Position numbers and translations under genes: made by a program. This document shows positions 41,690 through 52,716 of a stretch of DNA of 64,000 nucleotides, piece by piece (the stretch's first letter is position 1; the number at the start of each line of letters is the position of its first letter). Under the pieces are notes generated by a model. It was not told the origin of the DNA and did no database searches. It saw nothing but the letters and a program-made list of their open reading frames with translations. Source of the stretch: Candidatus Yanofskybacteria bacterium. GTDB lineage: Bacteria; Patescibacteriota; Minisyncoccia; 2-02-FULL-40-12; IGHO2-01-FULL-4-A. Where the stretch lies: positions 51,299 to 115,298 of the forward strand of contig JACPNJ010000002.1 in NCBI GenBank assembly GCA_016185545.1. The letters run 5' to 3'.

Positions 41690-42526
41690 ATGTCAAAAGA
41701 AATTCCAGAGTGGAAAAAACAACTTTTAGAAAAAGAGCCGCAAGAAGAACATCCGTCTTTAGATACCGAGGCGTTGGCGCCATACAAAGAAAAAATAAAA
41801 ATTTTAGAAAGAGACTTGGCGGCACTGGATAATTTTTTGAACTTGCATTTTGACGCTAAAACCAAACCGCAAAAATATGACTTTGTAGAAGTTTACAAAA
41901 ATATCAATGTTTTAGCTCCGCCTCAAATTGATCCAACCGCTACTGCCTTATCCGACGATATCCTGGAAAGAATTTTGGTTTATATGGCCAATCGTCTGCG
42001 ATATCCGCCGCTAGTTATGGAAGAAATTTTAAATGAATTGGGGGACAAGGAAGATGACAAACCGTTAAAACAAGTTTTTGAATACGTCAAAACGCTTTAC
42101 TTGGGCATGGTTGAAAACAAAAAGAAAGTTCTGTGGCAATTGACAGAACATGTTGGAATAAAAAAATCGGCGGCAATTTTTGAAGAACAAGATTTAATAA
42201 AAGAACGGGCTTATCCTGATTTTTTGGATTATTTGGATCAAAATTTAAAACCTGAGGATAAAAAATGGCTGGGAAAAGGAAGCCCGGAAGCAGTTGAAAC
42301 TGCACGGTCAGTGTTTAATGATTGGTATGAAAACAATAAAAACAAGTTCTTCTTAGGCCATGAAAAAATCCGAGGCGAAATTGTGAATATTGCCGGAAAA
42401 TTAGATGATAAAACCGCTTATAAAATAATTGAAAAGCATTTATTTACCAACCCCAGAGAAATTTTTGAACTTTTTGAAAGCCAAGCAGAGTTAAGCCCGT
42501 TAAAAAGGGCGTTCAAAATAAATTGA
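41690..42526 (+). CDS. hypothetical helical protein
   Basis: start moved to ATG 41690, after the tRNA; no recognisable motif. Confidence 0.65.
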   Translation: MSKEIPEWKKQLLEKEPQEEHPSLDTEALAPYKEKIKILERDLAALDNFLNLHFDAKTKPQKYDFVEVYKNINVLAPPQIDPTATALSDDILERILVYMANRLRYPPLVMEEILNELGDKEDDKPLKQVFEYVKTLYLGMVENKKKVLWQLTEHVGIKKSAAIFEEQDLIKERAYPDFLDYLDQNLKPEDKKWLGKGSPEAVETARSVFNDWYENNKNKFFLGHEKIRGEIVNIAGKLDDKTAYKIIEKHLFTNPREIFELFESQAELSPLKRAFKIN

Positions 42527-42588
42527 CGCTCAAAAACAATAGGAGTATAACAAAAGAGTTATCTTCAGAACCTTAACAAAAATATGGG

Positions 42589-44241
42589 GTGGGTAAAATG
42601 AGAGGAAGCAGGAAGACATTTTCTGTTTTTTTGTGTTGGATCATTTTATGGGGCCAAACCGCAAACATTTGCGCAAATCAGATAAATGAGGACAATCCCC
42701 ATCCGCCATCTCTTGACGAAATTATAAAATTTTCATCTTGGAAAATCAGGGAAATTGCCGAAAAACACGATTTTGTCAAAGACAAAATTGACAAAAAAAA
42801 GAAAGAAATTGAAAAAGCGGGTAAAGCCGAAGAAAAAAATGCTAAAAAAATTGAAAAAGACGCGAAAGCAAGAATTAAAACTAATGAGGACAAACTAAAG
42901 GATATACCGCAATCCGTTACTGACCCCAAAGCAGTTGCCGCTCGCCAAAGCCTGAAATGTGATATCGTAGCCCTCAAAAAAGAGGCCACGAAACAAATTG
43001 TTGCTTCCAACAATAAGCAAATCGCCTACGACGTTTCGGATTCTAAACTTACACTTTTAAGAGACTGGAAAGACACCGCAACAGAGATTGATAAAAAAAT
43101 AAAAGATGGAACGATTTCCCAAAGAACCCTTGGCGATTCTAAGACCCAGGTCGGCAATGTCCTTGATATAGGATCGCGCAGTTCCGAATCGCCGTTTAAT
43201 GGGCAGGAAAAAGATATACAATTGGGTGCCGATGATCTAAAAAGGTTAAAAATGTCGGGACAATTCCCCAAAGAAGTGATAGATCCGGTAATCACGGAAT
43301 ACGTGAATCGTTTGGCGCAGAATATCGCAAGAAATAGCGACCTCACAGTACCGCTTAGTGTGACAGTTGTGAGCGAAACTGAGAAATGGAACGGCCGTTC
43401 TGTTTTGGATAAGAATGGCCGGGAGCAACAAATAGTGAACGCTTTCGCTGAACCAGGCGGGTTTCTTGTGGTTTATGCCGGTCTTATTTTGGAATCGGAA
43501 AGCGAATCAGAATTTGCCGGCGCTTTGGCTCATGAAATTGCCCATGCGGCCGCTCGCCATGGCCATCGTATTCTGAGCCGGGCCACCAAGTTCAACATTT
43601 TAAAAACAGCCGGGCAATTATTTACCCTATTTTTTCCTATGGCTTATTGGATATATCTTTTGGCCCAATACGGCTTTAGCGGTTTAGATATTTTTCTAAA
43701 CTTAAACCTCCTGGGCATATCAAGGGATTTCGAACTGGAAGCTGACCAGCTTGGAATGCAATATGTTTGGCATGCCGGTTACGATCCGGCGGGTTTCACA
43801 ACATTGTTTGACCGCATGGCTTCGGAATTCGGTTATGCTAGCCATACCTCATTTTTCAGAACCCATCCGGCTTTTGGAGACAGAATACTTGTAGCCAGCA
43901 AAGAAGAAAAGGCGCTTCGCTCGGTTGATCCGTATAGAGAATATACCGCCAATAGTTCCGAATTTGACGGAATCCGAGAGCGTGTGCGCGAGCTTGTTGA
44001 TATTAATTACAGGGAAGAAGCGAGAAATCAGAATGAATATACGCCTTCTCTTTACGCAAAAGAGCGTAAGGAAGAAGAGGCGTGCAAAGATATTTTGCCA
44101 ATGGCACCACCATTATCTTCGGTAAGATCTGTACCCAATACGCCCCCAGTTACTTCTATTCCAAAACCGGATGAGACCGTACAACCAGAAGCGGAACCGG
44201 ATGAAAAAGATAAGCCGCCAGTACTGAAAAGAAAAGAGTAG
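42589..44241 (+). CDS. secreted M48-family metalloprotease
   Basis: signal, coiled coil, NAFAEPGG, HEIAH, ELEADQLG, THP. Confidence 0.88.
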   Translation: MGKMRGSRKTFSVFLCWIILWGQTANICANQINEDNPHPPSLDEIIKFSSWKIREIAEKHDFVKDKIDKKKKEIEKAGKAEEKNAKKIEKDAKARIKTNEDKLKDIPQSVTDPKAVAARQSLKCDIVALKKEATKQIVASNNKQIAYDVSDSKLTLLRDWKDTATEIDKKIKDGTISQRTLGDSKTQVGNVLDIGSRSSESPFNGQEKDIQLGADDLKRLKMSGQFPKEVIDPVITEYVNRLAQNIARNSDLTVPLSVTVVSETEKWNGRSVLDKNGREQQIVNAFAEPGGFLVVYAGLILESESESEFAGALAHEIAHAAARHGHRILSRATKFNILKTAGQLFTLFFPMAYWIYLLAQYGFSGLDIFLNLNLLGISRDFELEADQLGMQYVWHAGYDPAGFTTLFDRMASEFGYASHTSFFRTHPAFGDRILVASKEEKALRSVDPYREYTANSSEFDGIRERVRELVDINYREEARNQNEYTPSLYAKERKEEEACKDILPMAPPLSSVRSVPNTPPVTSIPKPDETVQPEAEPDEKDKPPVLKRKE

Positions 44242-44250
44242 TTTAAACCC

Positions 44251-45240
44251 TCAATTAAGGGTTTTTTTATATAAGGATAATAAATTTTTCAAAACCGCGG
44301 CAATGACGATCGGCCCGACTCCGCCAATGTGTGGAGTTATTAGACCAGTTTTTTTTGAGACCGTTTCAAAATCAACGTCTTGGCCAAAATCTATAACAGT
44401 TGCCCCTTCTTTTACCATATCAGCAGTAATAATGGGTTTGCTCGTCCCGTTAGAAGTAGCCACGCCGCGGTCCTCCGGACTCGTCCCGTTAGAGAGAGCT
44501 AGTGGTCCAAGTTTATTATAAATACTGGTAATGCTATCTTGTCTGGACTCTCTAACGGGACCAACGCCGGATATTATAATATCGGCTTGGTGCGACAGCT
44601 CGGCTGGATTTGGCGTAAATTCATTAATTATGCTAACCGTTGCGCCCTGACTAGCCAGCCAGTGGCTTATCGGTTTGCCAATCAGCAAACCATAACCGAA
44701 AACAACGCAATTTTTGCCTTTTGGATTAGTGCCATATTTTTCAAAAATTATTTTTACCGCCTCAACTGCCGGAGGTAGAATTGCCGAGCGACCGACCCCC
44801 AAAAGCTTCGCCTCGGGGCGAGCAAAAAATGACCCCTGTGACTTTTCAGACAAAACATCAACATCTTTTTCCGATAGAATCGCATTTAATATGTATTGGG
44901 TATTGATATGCGCCGGCAGAGGCAGTTCAATCAGTACCCCCTGGTTAACCCCCGCCTTAGCGATGCTAACAATTTCTTTGCGCAATTTTTGAGTTGTAAT
45001 CTCTGCCTGAAATTCGTACAAGCGAAAATCAATGCCTACTTTCTCAGCGGCTTTTTTCTTTAGCTCCAAAAACTTGCGCAACCCGCTTAGAGGTTGAGCC
45101 TCCAATGAATCCCGAGGCTCAACATCTGGATTTGAACCAACCAAAACCGCCACCAATCGCGGTTGTTTTGGAAGTTTTTTTACTTCTTTGCTCACTTCCA
45201 TCAATATTTCTTCCGCTATTTTTTTTCCGTCAATTATCAT
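44251..45240 (-). CDS. folD: methylenetetrahydrofolate dehydrogenase/cyclohydrolase with palindromic inserts
   Basis: IIDGKKIA, LPLP, KDVD, IGKP, GATVIDFG, TPHIGGVGP. Confidence 0.9.
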   Translation of the reverse strand: MIIDGKKIAEEILMEVSKEVKKLPKQPRLVAVLVGSNPDVEPRDSLEAQPLSGLRKFLELKKKAAEKVGIDFRLYEFQAEITTQKLRKEIVSIAKAGVNQGVLIELPLPAHINTQYILNAILSEKDVDVLSEKSQGSFFARPEAKLLGVGRSAILPPAVEAVKIIFEKYGTNPKGKNCVVFGYGLLIGKPISHWLASQGATVSIINEFTPNPAELSHQADIIISGVGPVRESRQDSITSIYNKLGPLALSNGTSPEDRGVATSNGTSKPIITADMVKEGATVIDFGQDVDFETVSKKTGLITPHIGGVGPIVIAAVLKNLLSLYKKTLN

Positions 45241-45245
45241 TGTCT

Positions 45246-46418
45246 CTATTTTAACAAAATTTTTTTAATTTTCCTTGCGATTTTAACCATTTCCTTTTCT
45301 TTCATGCATTGAGTAGTCACGGCAGGGGTGCCAAGGCGGATGCCGGATGGGTCCCAAGGTTTGCGAGTGTCGTAGGGTATCATATTCTTGTTGACAATGA
45401 TGCCTGCGCGTTCTAATCGCTCCCCTGCTTGTTTGCCGGTCAAACCAAGCGGAGTTACATCCATCAACATCAGGTGGTTATCCGTACCGCCGGTAATAAT
45501 TTTAAAACCCAGCCGTTTTAATTCTGTCGCCAATTCTTTGGCGTTAGCCACAATCTGTTTGGCATATTTTTTGAAATTTGGCCGCAACGCTTCTTCAAGA
45601 CAAACCCCAATTGCCGCAATCGTATGCATCTGCGGCCCGCCCTGCAATCCCGGAAACACAGTTTTATCAATTTGATCGGTAAGATTAATTACCTGGCCCC
45701 TGTCACCTGAAACCTGTAACTTGGATATTATGATTGCTCCGCGAGGACCTCGGAGAGTTTTTTGAGTTGTGGTGGTAATTATATCGGCATAAGAAAAAGG
45801 ACTGGGGTGCACTCTTACAACTACAAGACCGGCAATATGCGAAATGTCGGCCATGAGCAATGCCCCGACGGAATTGGCAATTTTGCGGAACTTTTTGAAA
45901 TCAAGTTTGCGCGGATAGGCGGTGGCACCGCAAACAATTAGTTGGGGTTTGAAATCGCACGCACTGCGTGCGACTTCATTATAATCAATCAGACCATCGC
46001 GTCCCACCCCGTAATGCTTAAACTTAAACAGTTTGCCGGTCATACTGACATCGTGCCCATGCGTTAAGTGGCCACCGTGCTCCAGTGACATAGCTAGTAT
46101 CCGCCCGCCAATTCCAACAGAACCAACGTATGAAGCCAGATTTGCGATACTGCCAGAATAAGACTGAACATTCACGCCATATTTTTTCGGTGAAATTTTA
46201 AAAACTTCATAAACTAACCGCTTGACCTCATCTTCTAGCCGGTCAACGACTTCATTGCCAAAATAATATCTCCGGTGCGATCTGCCCTCTGCGTATTTAT
46301 TAGTTAACGGCGACCCCAAAGCCGCCAGGACATTCTTAGATACATAGTTTTCCGAAGGAATCAGATTTATCACCTTTTTTTGACGTATAATCTCTTTTTT
46401 GATGAGTCTTTTTATCAT
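45246..46418 (-). CDS. glyA: serine hydroxymethyltransferase
   Basis: LIPSEN, NKYAEG, GGHLTHG, TTTTQKTLRGPRG, SGIRLGT. Confidence 0.97.
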   Translation of the reverse strand: MIKRLIKKEIIRQKKVINLIPSENYVSKNVLAALGSPLTNKYAEGRSHRRYYFGNEVVDRLEDEVKRLVYEVFKISPKKYGVNVQSYSGSIANLASYVGSVGIGGRILAMSLEHGGHLTHGHDVSMTGKLFKFKHYGVGRDGLIDYNEVARSACDFKPQLIVCGATAYPRKLDFKKFRKIANSVGALLMADISHIAGLVVVRVHPSPFSYADIITTTTQKTLRGPRGAIIISKLQVSGDRGQVINLTDQIDKTVFPGLQGGPQMHTIAAIGVCLEEALRPNFKKYAKQIVANAKELATELKRLGFKIITGGTDNHLMLMDVTPLGLTGKQAGERLERAGIIVNKNMIPYDTRKPWDPSGIRLGTPAVTTQCMKEKEMVKIARKIKKILLK

Positions 46419-47064
46419 ATCCCCAACAACTTCATTAATTGTTCCGGCTTAGACGGTCCTACCCGCAAAATTTTTGGTTTTATGGTTGAGAGGTCCAAAA
46501 TGGCCGATGGCAATGATGGCGGCAAAATCCCGGCATCTAAAATCAAATCGGGTTTCCAAATTTTCCTTCTGAAAGATTCTACAATCTTATTGATGTCGCC
46601 CGAAACTTCCTTTCCGGTTATATTAGCGGATACAGCCGTCAAAGGATAACCGAATTTCCCAAGAAGTTTATCAACCAAAAGAAAATCAGGAATCCTGACG
46701 GCGACAGTGTTCACACCGGCAGTTACAATGCACGGGATAACGCTCTTTTTTGGTAAAATACAGATGTGGTGCTAGGCCAGATATTCTCCAGCACGCTTTC
46801 CAGTTTGGGCGGAACAAAAGCCAGTTCCTTTACCCATTTTATATTGCGCACAATTATCGGCAGAGGTCTAACCAACGGCCGTTTTTTTATTTTAAAAACC
46901 AGTTCCACGGCGTGTTTATCGCAAGCATTTGCGCCAAAACAATAAACCGTGTCAGTCGGATAAACGATAATTCCGCCCGTTTGCAAAATTTTAACCGTCT
47001 CTGATAAAGCACCTGTATAGTTTTTATTTAAATCGATTGGAATAATTTTCATCCCGGGATTCAT
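46415..47064 (-). pseudogene. tsaC: Sua5/YrdC threonylcarbamoyl-AMP synthase split by a frameshift near 46757
   Basis: YPTDTVY...KKRP in ORF 46723-47064; TVAVRIP, SAN, PSAILD in ORF 46415-46714; one extra base restores a single frame. Confidence 0.8.
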
Positions 47065-47118
47065 AAGTAATTAAAATGCCGCCAGAGCGGCAAAATAACC
47101 AACAATAAGCATTTAGTC

Positions 47119-48066
47119 TTAGTTTAGTAACGATATCAGTATCTTGGCCAGCTTCTTTTTCGGATTATGGCGCACAAAATTACCAATGTCAAGCAAATTA
47201 GCCGAGATGAATTTGGGTTTTCTGCCGTTATCGCGCAAACCTGATATTTCTACAAAGTGTGAATTCTCTTTAAGATAGCGTTTCAAAACTGAAGCTGACG
47301 GTTTCTTGTTATTGAAAACTGCGTAATCTAGGATACCCCTGCTAAGATATTTCTCAACTGTATTTACAAAATCTTGGGCCTTAAAGCCGTGGGTCTCGCC
47401 AAATTTTGTCATCAGGTTGCAAATATAAACTTTCCGGGCTTTTGAATTTTTAATCGCCGCTGCCATTCCTTCAACCAATAAATTGGGAATAATGCTCGTA
47501 TAGAGATCGCCCGGACCGATGACTATCATATCTGCCGCCAATATCGCTTTTATTGCTTCAGAATTAATATGGGCCGGCGGATCAAGCCAAACCTTTTTGA
47601 TAGGAACAGTCGGATCATGTTTTGGGATGTCTATATTGGTCTCCCCCCGAACCACTGCGTCGCTGGCAAGTTGAGCATGCAACGTGGTGTTATCCAAAGT
47701 AACCGGAATAACACTGCCTTTGATATTTAAAATCTCCGAACCAAGCTTAACGGCATCGCCGAAATTACCTGTTATTTTTTCCAGCGCGCTTAAAAAAATA
47801 TTCCCGAAATTATGACCGCGCAAATCCCCAGAAGAAAACCGGTAATTAAAAAGGCTGCGAAGGGTTTGGCTCGTATCAGATAGGGCAACTAGCGCCCGGC
47901 GTATGTCGCCGGGCGGCAATACGCCGTACTGATCCCGCAATCTACCCGTTGAACCGCCATTATCGGCCATAGAAACAACTGCGCTAAGTTCAACCGAGTA
48001 GTCGCGCAGTGCCGTAAGTACAACAAAAGTCCCCGTACCTCCACCTATAACCACAACTTTTTTCAT
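47119..48066 (-). CDS. YvcK/GlmR (CofD-like) family protein
   Basis: IGGGTG, DNGGSTG, PPGDIR, GHNFGN, GPGDLYTSIIPNL. Confidence 0.92.
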   Translation of the reverse strand: MKKVVVIGGGTGTFVVLTALRDYSVELSAVVSMADNGGSTGRLRDQYGVLPPGDIRRALVALSDTSQTLRSLFNYRFSSGDLRGHNFGNIFLSALEKITGNFGDAVKLGSEILNIKGSVIPVTLDNTTLHAQLASDAVVRGETNIDIPKHDPTVPIKKVWLDPPAHINSEAIKAILAADMIVIGPGDLYTSIIPNLLVEGMAAAIKNSKARKVYICNLMTKFGETHGFKAQDFVNTVEKYLSRGILDYAVFNNKKPSASVLKRYLKENSHFVEISGLRDNGRKPKFISANLLDIGNFVRHNPKKKLAKILISLLN

Positions 48067-48153
48067 TTATATGAATACCCGATCAGAGTTTTTATGTCTT
48101 CAAAATGGCCAATTGGCAATCAGAAATAGATATAATACAGCGCAATTGGTATC

Positions 48154-48546
48154 CTAGGCTATTTTAATAAAAGAGGAACCCAAATCACGGCGCAACTTGT
48201 TGGCTCTAAGAAGAAAAGCCAAAATACCAAGCGCTAAAAGTATATAAAGAGCGGCTGGAGAGAGGAAGAATTTATATACTCCGATTATTAAATTACCCAA
48301 TGGCAACGATGAGGCGGAAAAATAATCACCGCGGACAAACATCCATATTTCACGTACGGCAAGCGGGGTCATAGACAACACAACAGCCGCAAAATACCCC
48401 ATCCAGCGTCGGTGTCTCTCCAGTACTTTAATACCGTTCATTACACGACGGGTAAAATCAACCGACGGCTCTATAAAGTATCTCGGTTTGAGTCCGGCAA
48501 CTTTTGATTTTATTAAATTGTCCAGTTCAGTTTCCTGCTTAGTCAT
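48154..48546 (-). CDS. membrane protein, putative anti-sigma factor
   Basis: overlaps the ECF sigma stop; PSVDFTRRVM then TM helices. Confidence 0.6.
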   Translation of the reverse strand: MTKQETELDNLIKSKVAGLKPRYFIEPSVDFTRRVMNGIKVLERHRRWMGYFAAVVLSMTPLAVREIWMFVRGDYFSASSLPLGNLIIGVYKFFLSPAALYILLALGILAFLLRANKLRRDLGSSFIKIA

Positions 48547-49084
48547 ATTCCAATACGATGTCCTTAAGGGCGGGGCTTGTTTCTATTGAAGCAAGCAGTA
48601 TTTTTCTTGCCCTGTGGAGACGGCTTTTTAACGTATTCTGATTAATATGCAAAAGTTCACCTATCTCTTTATATGAAAAACCTTCATAATAAAGCAGTTT
48701 TATTATCGCCCTATCCTCTTTTACTAGTTGGTCAATGCAATGCTCCAGCTCTTTGGAAACCTCCATATTGGCAACTCGCTCTTGATAATCAACGGCTGCA
48801 GTTTCAGGAATATTCTCCAGAATCGCGCTATCCAGCGCAAACGGCTTATTCTTGTTTTTCCTAAAAAAATCTATAACCGTATTGCGCGCAATCTGGAAAA
48901 GCCAGCTTTTTAATTTGTCCGGTTCTTTGAGCGTACTGAATTTCTTATAAACCTTAATGAACGTTTCCTGCGCTAGATCTTCCGCCTCATAACGATTGCC
49001 CACAAAACGGTAATGAAAATTCACCAAATCCCGCTGGTACTGATTGACAATCTCCTCAAATTTTCTTAGTTCATTTGGCTGCAT
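48539..49084 (-). CDS. ECF-family RNA polymerase sigma factor
   Basis: AEDLAQETF, SWLFQIARN, SYKEIG...TLKSRLHRAR. Confidence 0.93.
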   Translation of the reverse strand: MQPNELRKFEEIVNQYQRDLVNFHYRFVGNRYEAEDLAQETFIKVYKKFSTLKEPDKLKSWLFQIARNTVIDFFRKNKNKPFALDSAILENIPETAAVDYQERVANMEVSKELEHCIDQLVKEDRAIIKLLYYEGFSYKEIGELLHINQNTLKSRLHRARKILLASIETSPALKDIVLEYD

Positions 49085-49355
49085 GTCCCTTAAAACATAC
49101 TAGCAAGAAACCATCGTAATTACCAGCTAATAAGACGCTGGCCATTAAAATTTGGTTGCGTACGCAACCCCAGTTTAAAACAAGCGTCATATCTAGCAAT
49201 GGTTATCCAATATATCCACTATATTCACCCCAAAAGAAGCTTCGCTTCCAACGGGGCAAGCAATCGCGGCCCTCCGGTTTACGGAGAGATACCGTTGAAA
49301 CACTTCCTTTTTTAAATAAACGCACAGCCGATAGGTTATGCGTTTATTATTTTAG

Positions 49356-51962
49356 TCAAATTATAAAATTAATCAAGCGGTTTTTGACGAAAATAATTTT
49401 TTTGATTTCCGTACCGGCGATGTGCTTTTTTATATTTTCTGACCCCAATGCTACCTCGCGGGCGGCAGTTTCATCAAGACCCGCCATCACCTCTATTACA
49501 TCTCTCGCCTTACCGTTGACTTGTACTACTAGTTTAATCGTTTCTTCAACTATAAGTTTAGGGTCATATTCCGGCCATTTTTCCAAATGAATTGATTTTT
49601 TATTACCCAGAGTATTCATCCATAATTCTTCTGTTAAGTGAGGGACAAATGGAGCGAGAAGTCTTAGAAACGTCTCAAGCTGTGGCTTAGAGATGCCCCT
49701 TGTTTTAGTGTGGGTAACCTTAAAACCCCCCGGACTAATGTCTGTCGTTTCCTCTTGTATTGAATTGAGTAATATCATTAGGGCGGAAACTGCGGTATTA
49801 AAACTTAATTTTTCGATATCTTCTGAAACTTTTTTTATTGTCTTGTGAAAAATATTAGATAAATCTATATTTCCTTCAGCGCTTTCATAAAATCTTAGGC
49901 TTTCTTTTTTGGATTTTATATTGTTTACGCTTGTATCTTCTCTGTAATTTTTTGACCAGGTATCAGCTAGCTTAACTATTCGATTCAATAGATTGCGCAC
50001 CCGTTCCATAAATCGACTGATTCCAATTATTCCTCCGGGGTTCCATGGTCCACCTTGTTCATACGGCCCCATAAAAGCCAAATACATTCTTACGGCGTCG
50101 GCGCCGTATTTTTTAACCAAATCGTCTGGGTTTATTACATTACCACGCGATTTAGACATTTTCTGGTTATCGGGTCCAAGGATTATGCCGTGATTTCTAC
50201 GTACAACAAACGGCTCGTTGAATTCAAGCAATCCAAGGTCATACATCGCCTTGGTAAAAAATCTCGAGTAAAGCAAATGCATGGTGTTGTGCTCCGCTCC
50301 CCCGACATAGAGATCAACCGGTAGCCAGTTTTTCATTTTGTCGGAATCTGCAAATGCCTTTTTATTGTGCGGATCAGCATAACGCAAGAAATACCATGAG
50401 GAATCCACAAATGTATCCATCGTATCCGTTTCCCGCTCTGCCTTACCGCCGCAATTTGGACATTTTACTTTCAGCCACTCCTTTGCTTTAGCTAATGGCG
50501 AACGGCCATCAGTTGACGGTTTGTAATCATCCAGTTTGGGTAGTTTAACCGGTAAATCTTTTTCGGGTACCGGCTTGTACCCGCATTTCGGACAGTTAAT
50601 CATCGGAATCGGCGTTCCCCAATATCGCTGGCGCGATAAAACCCAATCATGCAGTTTATAATTTGTCTTCCTTTCCGCCAAACCTTTTTTAGCCAACTTT
50701 TCAACAATTTCTTCACGGGCATCTTCTGACTTAAAACCAGTAAATTCTCTGGAATCTACCAAAACTCCATCTCCTTCATATGCCGAATCTCCGGACACCG
50801 AATGTTCAGAAGGTACATTCGATGTCCCCATATTGGACAACTCTTTAATTACCTGTTTCATCGGCAATTTGAACTTTTTCGCAAACTCAAAATCCCGTTC
50901 ATCGTGCGCCGGCACCGCCATCACCGCTCCGGTGCCGTACCAGCCAATCACATAATCGGCAACCCAAATTGGTATTTTTTCATTGTTAATCGGATTGACG
51001 GCATAAGCGCCGGTAAAAACACCTGTCTTTCCTTGCCCTTCCGTAGCTTTATGCGAAGGAGGGTCTTTTTCTAAACCCAAACGTTCAAGCTCTGATTTTT
51101 TCTTCGTTGTCTCAAGATATCTGCTGACCGAATCAAGGTACTGGTCTTTAGTAAGTTTTGTAATCAATGAATGTTCAGGAGCAAGCACTATATAAGTCGC
51201 GCCATATAGCGTATCGGCTCTTGTAGTAAAAACCTTAATGGTTTCGGTGGAATTTGGCAAAAGGAAATGGATTTCGGCGCCGCGCGAACGGCCTATCCAG
51301 TTACGCTGGGCAGTTTTAGTTACCTTCGGCCAATCAACTTTTTCTAAGTCATCTATCAGCTTATCAGCATAATCAGTAATTTTGTACATCCATTGGAACA
51401 TCTCTTTTTGCACTACTTCCGTACCACAACGATCGCAACAACCGTTAATTACCTGCTCATTTGCCAGCACCGTCTTGTCTTTTGGGCACCAATTAACAAA
51501 AGTTTTAGCCCGATAAGCCAAGCCCTTTTTATAAAACTGCAGGAAAATCCATTGTGTCCATTTATAATAATCTAGATCCATGGTTGATACCGCGCGTGAC
51601 CAGTCAAAAGCTGCCCCCATGCTTTTGAGCTGTTTGGTCATATAAGCAATATTTTTGCGGGTCCAATCTTCCGGCTGGAGATTGTTTTTTATTGCGGCGT
51701 TTTCTGCCGGCAAACCGAAAGCGTCAAAACCAATCGGATACATCACATTCTTGCCCTTCATCCGCCAGTATCGCACGGCGATGTCCGGCACTGAAAACGC
51801 GTACCAATGTCCGATATGCAAGTCACCCGACGGATACGGAAACTCTACAAGAAAATAAAGGTTTTCTTTTTTGGTGGCTTTATCCTTAACAGCATAAAAC
51901 TTCTTGGCTTCCCAGTATTTTTGCCACTTTTTTTCTATTTTTGAGGAATTATATTTAATCAT
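49356..51962 (-). CDS. leuS: leucine--tRNA ligase
   Basis: FPYPSG.LHIGH, FTTRADT editing domain, SRQRYWG, KMSKS. Confidence 0.98.
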   Translation of the reverse strand: MIKYNSSKIEKKWQKYWEAKKFYAVKDKATKKENLYFLVEFPYPSGDLHIGHWYAFSVPDIAVRYWRMKGKNVMYPIGFDAFGLPAENAAIKNNLQPEDWTRKNIAYMTKQLKSMGAAFDWSRAVSTMDLDYYKWTQWIFLQFYKKGLAYRAKTFVNWCPKDKTVLANEQVINGCCDRCGTEVVQKEMFQWMYKITDYADKLIDDLEKVDWPKVTKTAQRNWIGRSRGAEIHFLLPNSTETIKVFTTRADTLYGATYIVLAPEHSLITKLTKDQYLDSVSRYLETTKKKSELERLGLEKDPPSHKATEGQGKTGVFTGAYAVNPINNEKIPIWVADYVIGWYGTGAVMAVPAHDERDFEFAKKFKLPMKQVIKELSNMGTSNVPSEHSVSGDSAYEGDGVLVDSREFTGFKSEDAREEIVEKLAKKGLAERKTNYKLHDWVLSRQRYWGTPIPMINCPKCGYKPVPEKDLPVKLPKLDDYKPSTDGRSPLAKAKEWLKVKCPNCGGKAERETDTMDTFVDSSWYFLRYADPHNKKAFADSDKMKNWLPVDLYVGGAEHNTMHLLYSRFFTKAMYDLGLLEFNEPFVVRRNHGIILGPDNQKMSKSRGNVINPDDLVKKYGADAVRMYLAFMGPYEQGGPWNPGGIIGISRFMERVRNLLNRIVKLADTWSKNYREDTSVNNIKSKKESLRFYESAEGNIDLSNIFHKTIKKVSEDIEKLSFNTAVSALMILLNSIQEETTDISPGGFKVTHTKTRGISKPQLETFLRLLAPFVPHLTEELWMNTLGNKKSIHLEKWPEYDPKLIVEETIKLVVQVNGKARDVIEVMAGLDETAAREVALGSENIKKHIAGTEIKKIIFVKNRLINFII

Positions 51963-52716
51963 TTAAACCAAAAAGTTTTAGAGTATTTTTTGTGGTTTGT
52001 TCTGTTACTTCTTCAACGGGGATATTTTTCAGTTCAGCAATTTTTTTGGCGACTTCTATAACATAGGATGGCTCATTGCGCTTGCCACGATAAGGTTCGG
52101 GGGTCAGATAAGGCGCGTCTGTTTCAATAAGGGTTCTGGTTAATGGCGTATTGATTACCGCTTCATTGTATTGATCAGTAAAAGTTATTATACCATTGAA
52201 ACCGATAAAGAATCCTTTAGCTAAAAATTTTTCTGCCGTTTTAAAGTCGGAAGTAAATGAATGAATAACACCGGAAATTTTAGAATTTCCAATGATTTTA
52301 AGCAGGTCATCATAGGCTTCTCTGCAATGAATTATCAACGGTTTCTTGTTTGACATGGCAAGGTCAAGAAATTCTATAAACATTTCTTTCTGTTTGTTTT
52401 GCAAGATCTTGTCTTTGATTCTATAATAGTCAAGCCCAACTTCTCCAACCGCAACAACCTTGTTGTGTTTAATAAATTTCTCATAAGCAGCTCTTGTTGG
52501 TTCCTGGACTTCCGATACTTCAGTAGGGTGCAATCCGGCGCTTGCCCATATGCTGTCGTATTTTTCTGACAACTCAACCGCCTTTTGGGACATCTCCAAA
52601 TCCGTTCCAACACAAATCATGTGGACATTGGTATCCAGCGCGCGTTTAATTACTTCTTCTCTGTCTTGGTCGTATTGAGAAAATTGCGGATGACAATGTG
52701 AATCAATAATCGTCAT
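51955..52716 (-). CDS. tatD: TatD-family DNase
   Basis: IDSHCH, GEVGLDY, IHCRE, ETDAPY, RNEP. Confidence 0.95.
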   Translation of the reverse strand: MTIIDSHCHPQFSQYDQDREEVIKRALDTNVHMICVGTDLEMSQKAVELSEKYDSIWASAGLHPTEVSEVQEPTRAAYEKFIKHNKVVAVGEVGLDYYRIKDKILQNKQKEMFIEFLDLAMSNKKPLIIHCREAYDDLLKIIGNSKISGVIHSFTSDFKTAEKFLAKGFFIGFNGIITFTDQYNEAVINTPLTRTLIETDAPYLTPEPYRGKRNEPSYVIEVAKKIAELKNIPVEEVTEQTTKNTLKLFGLND

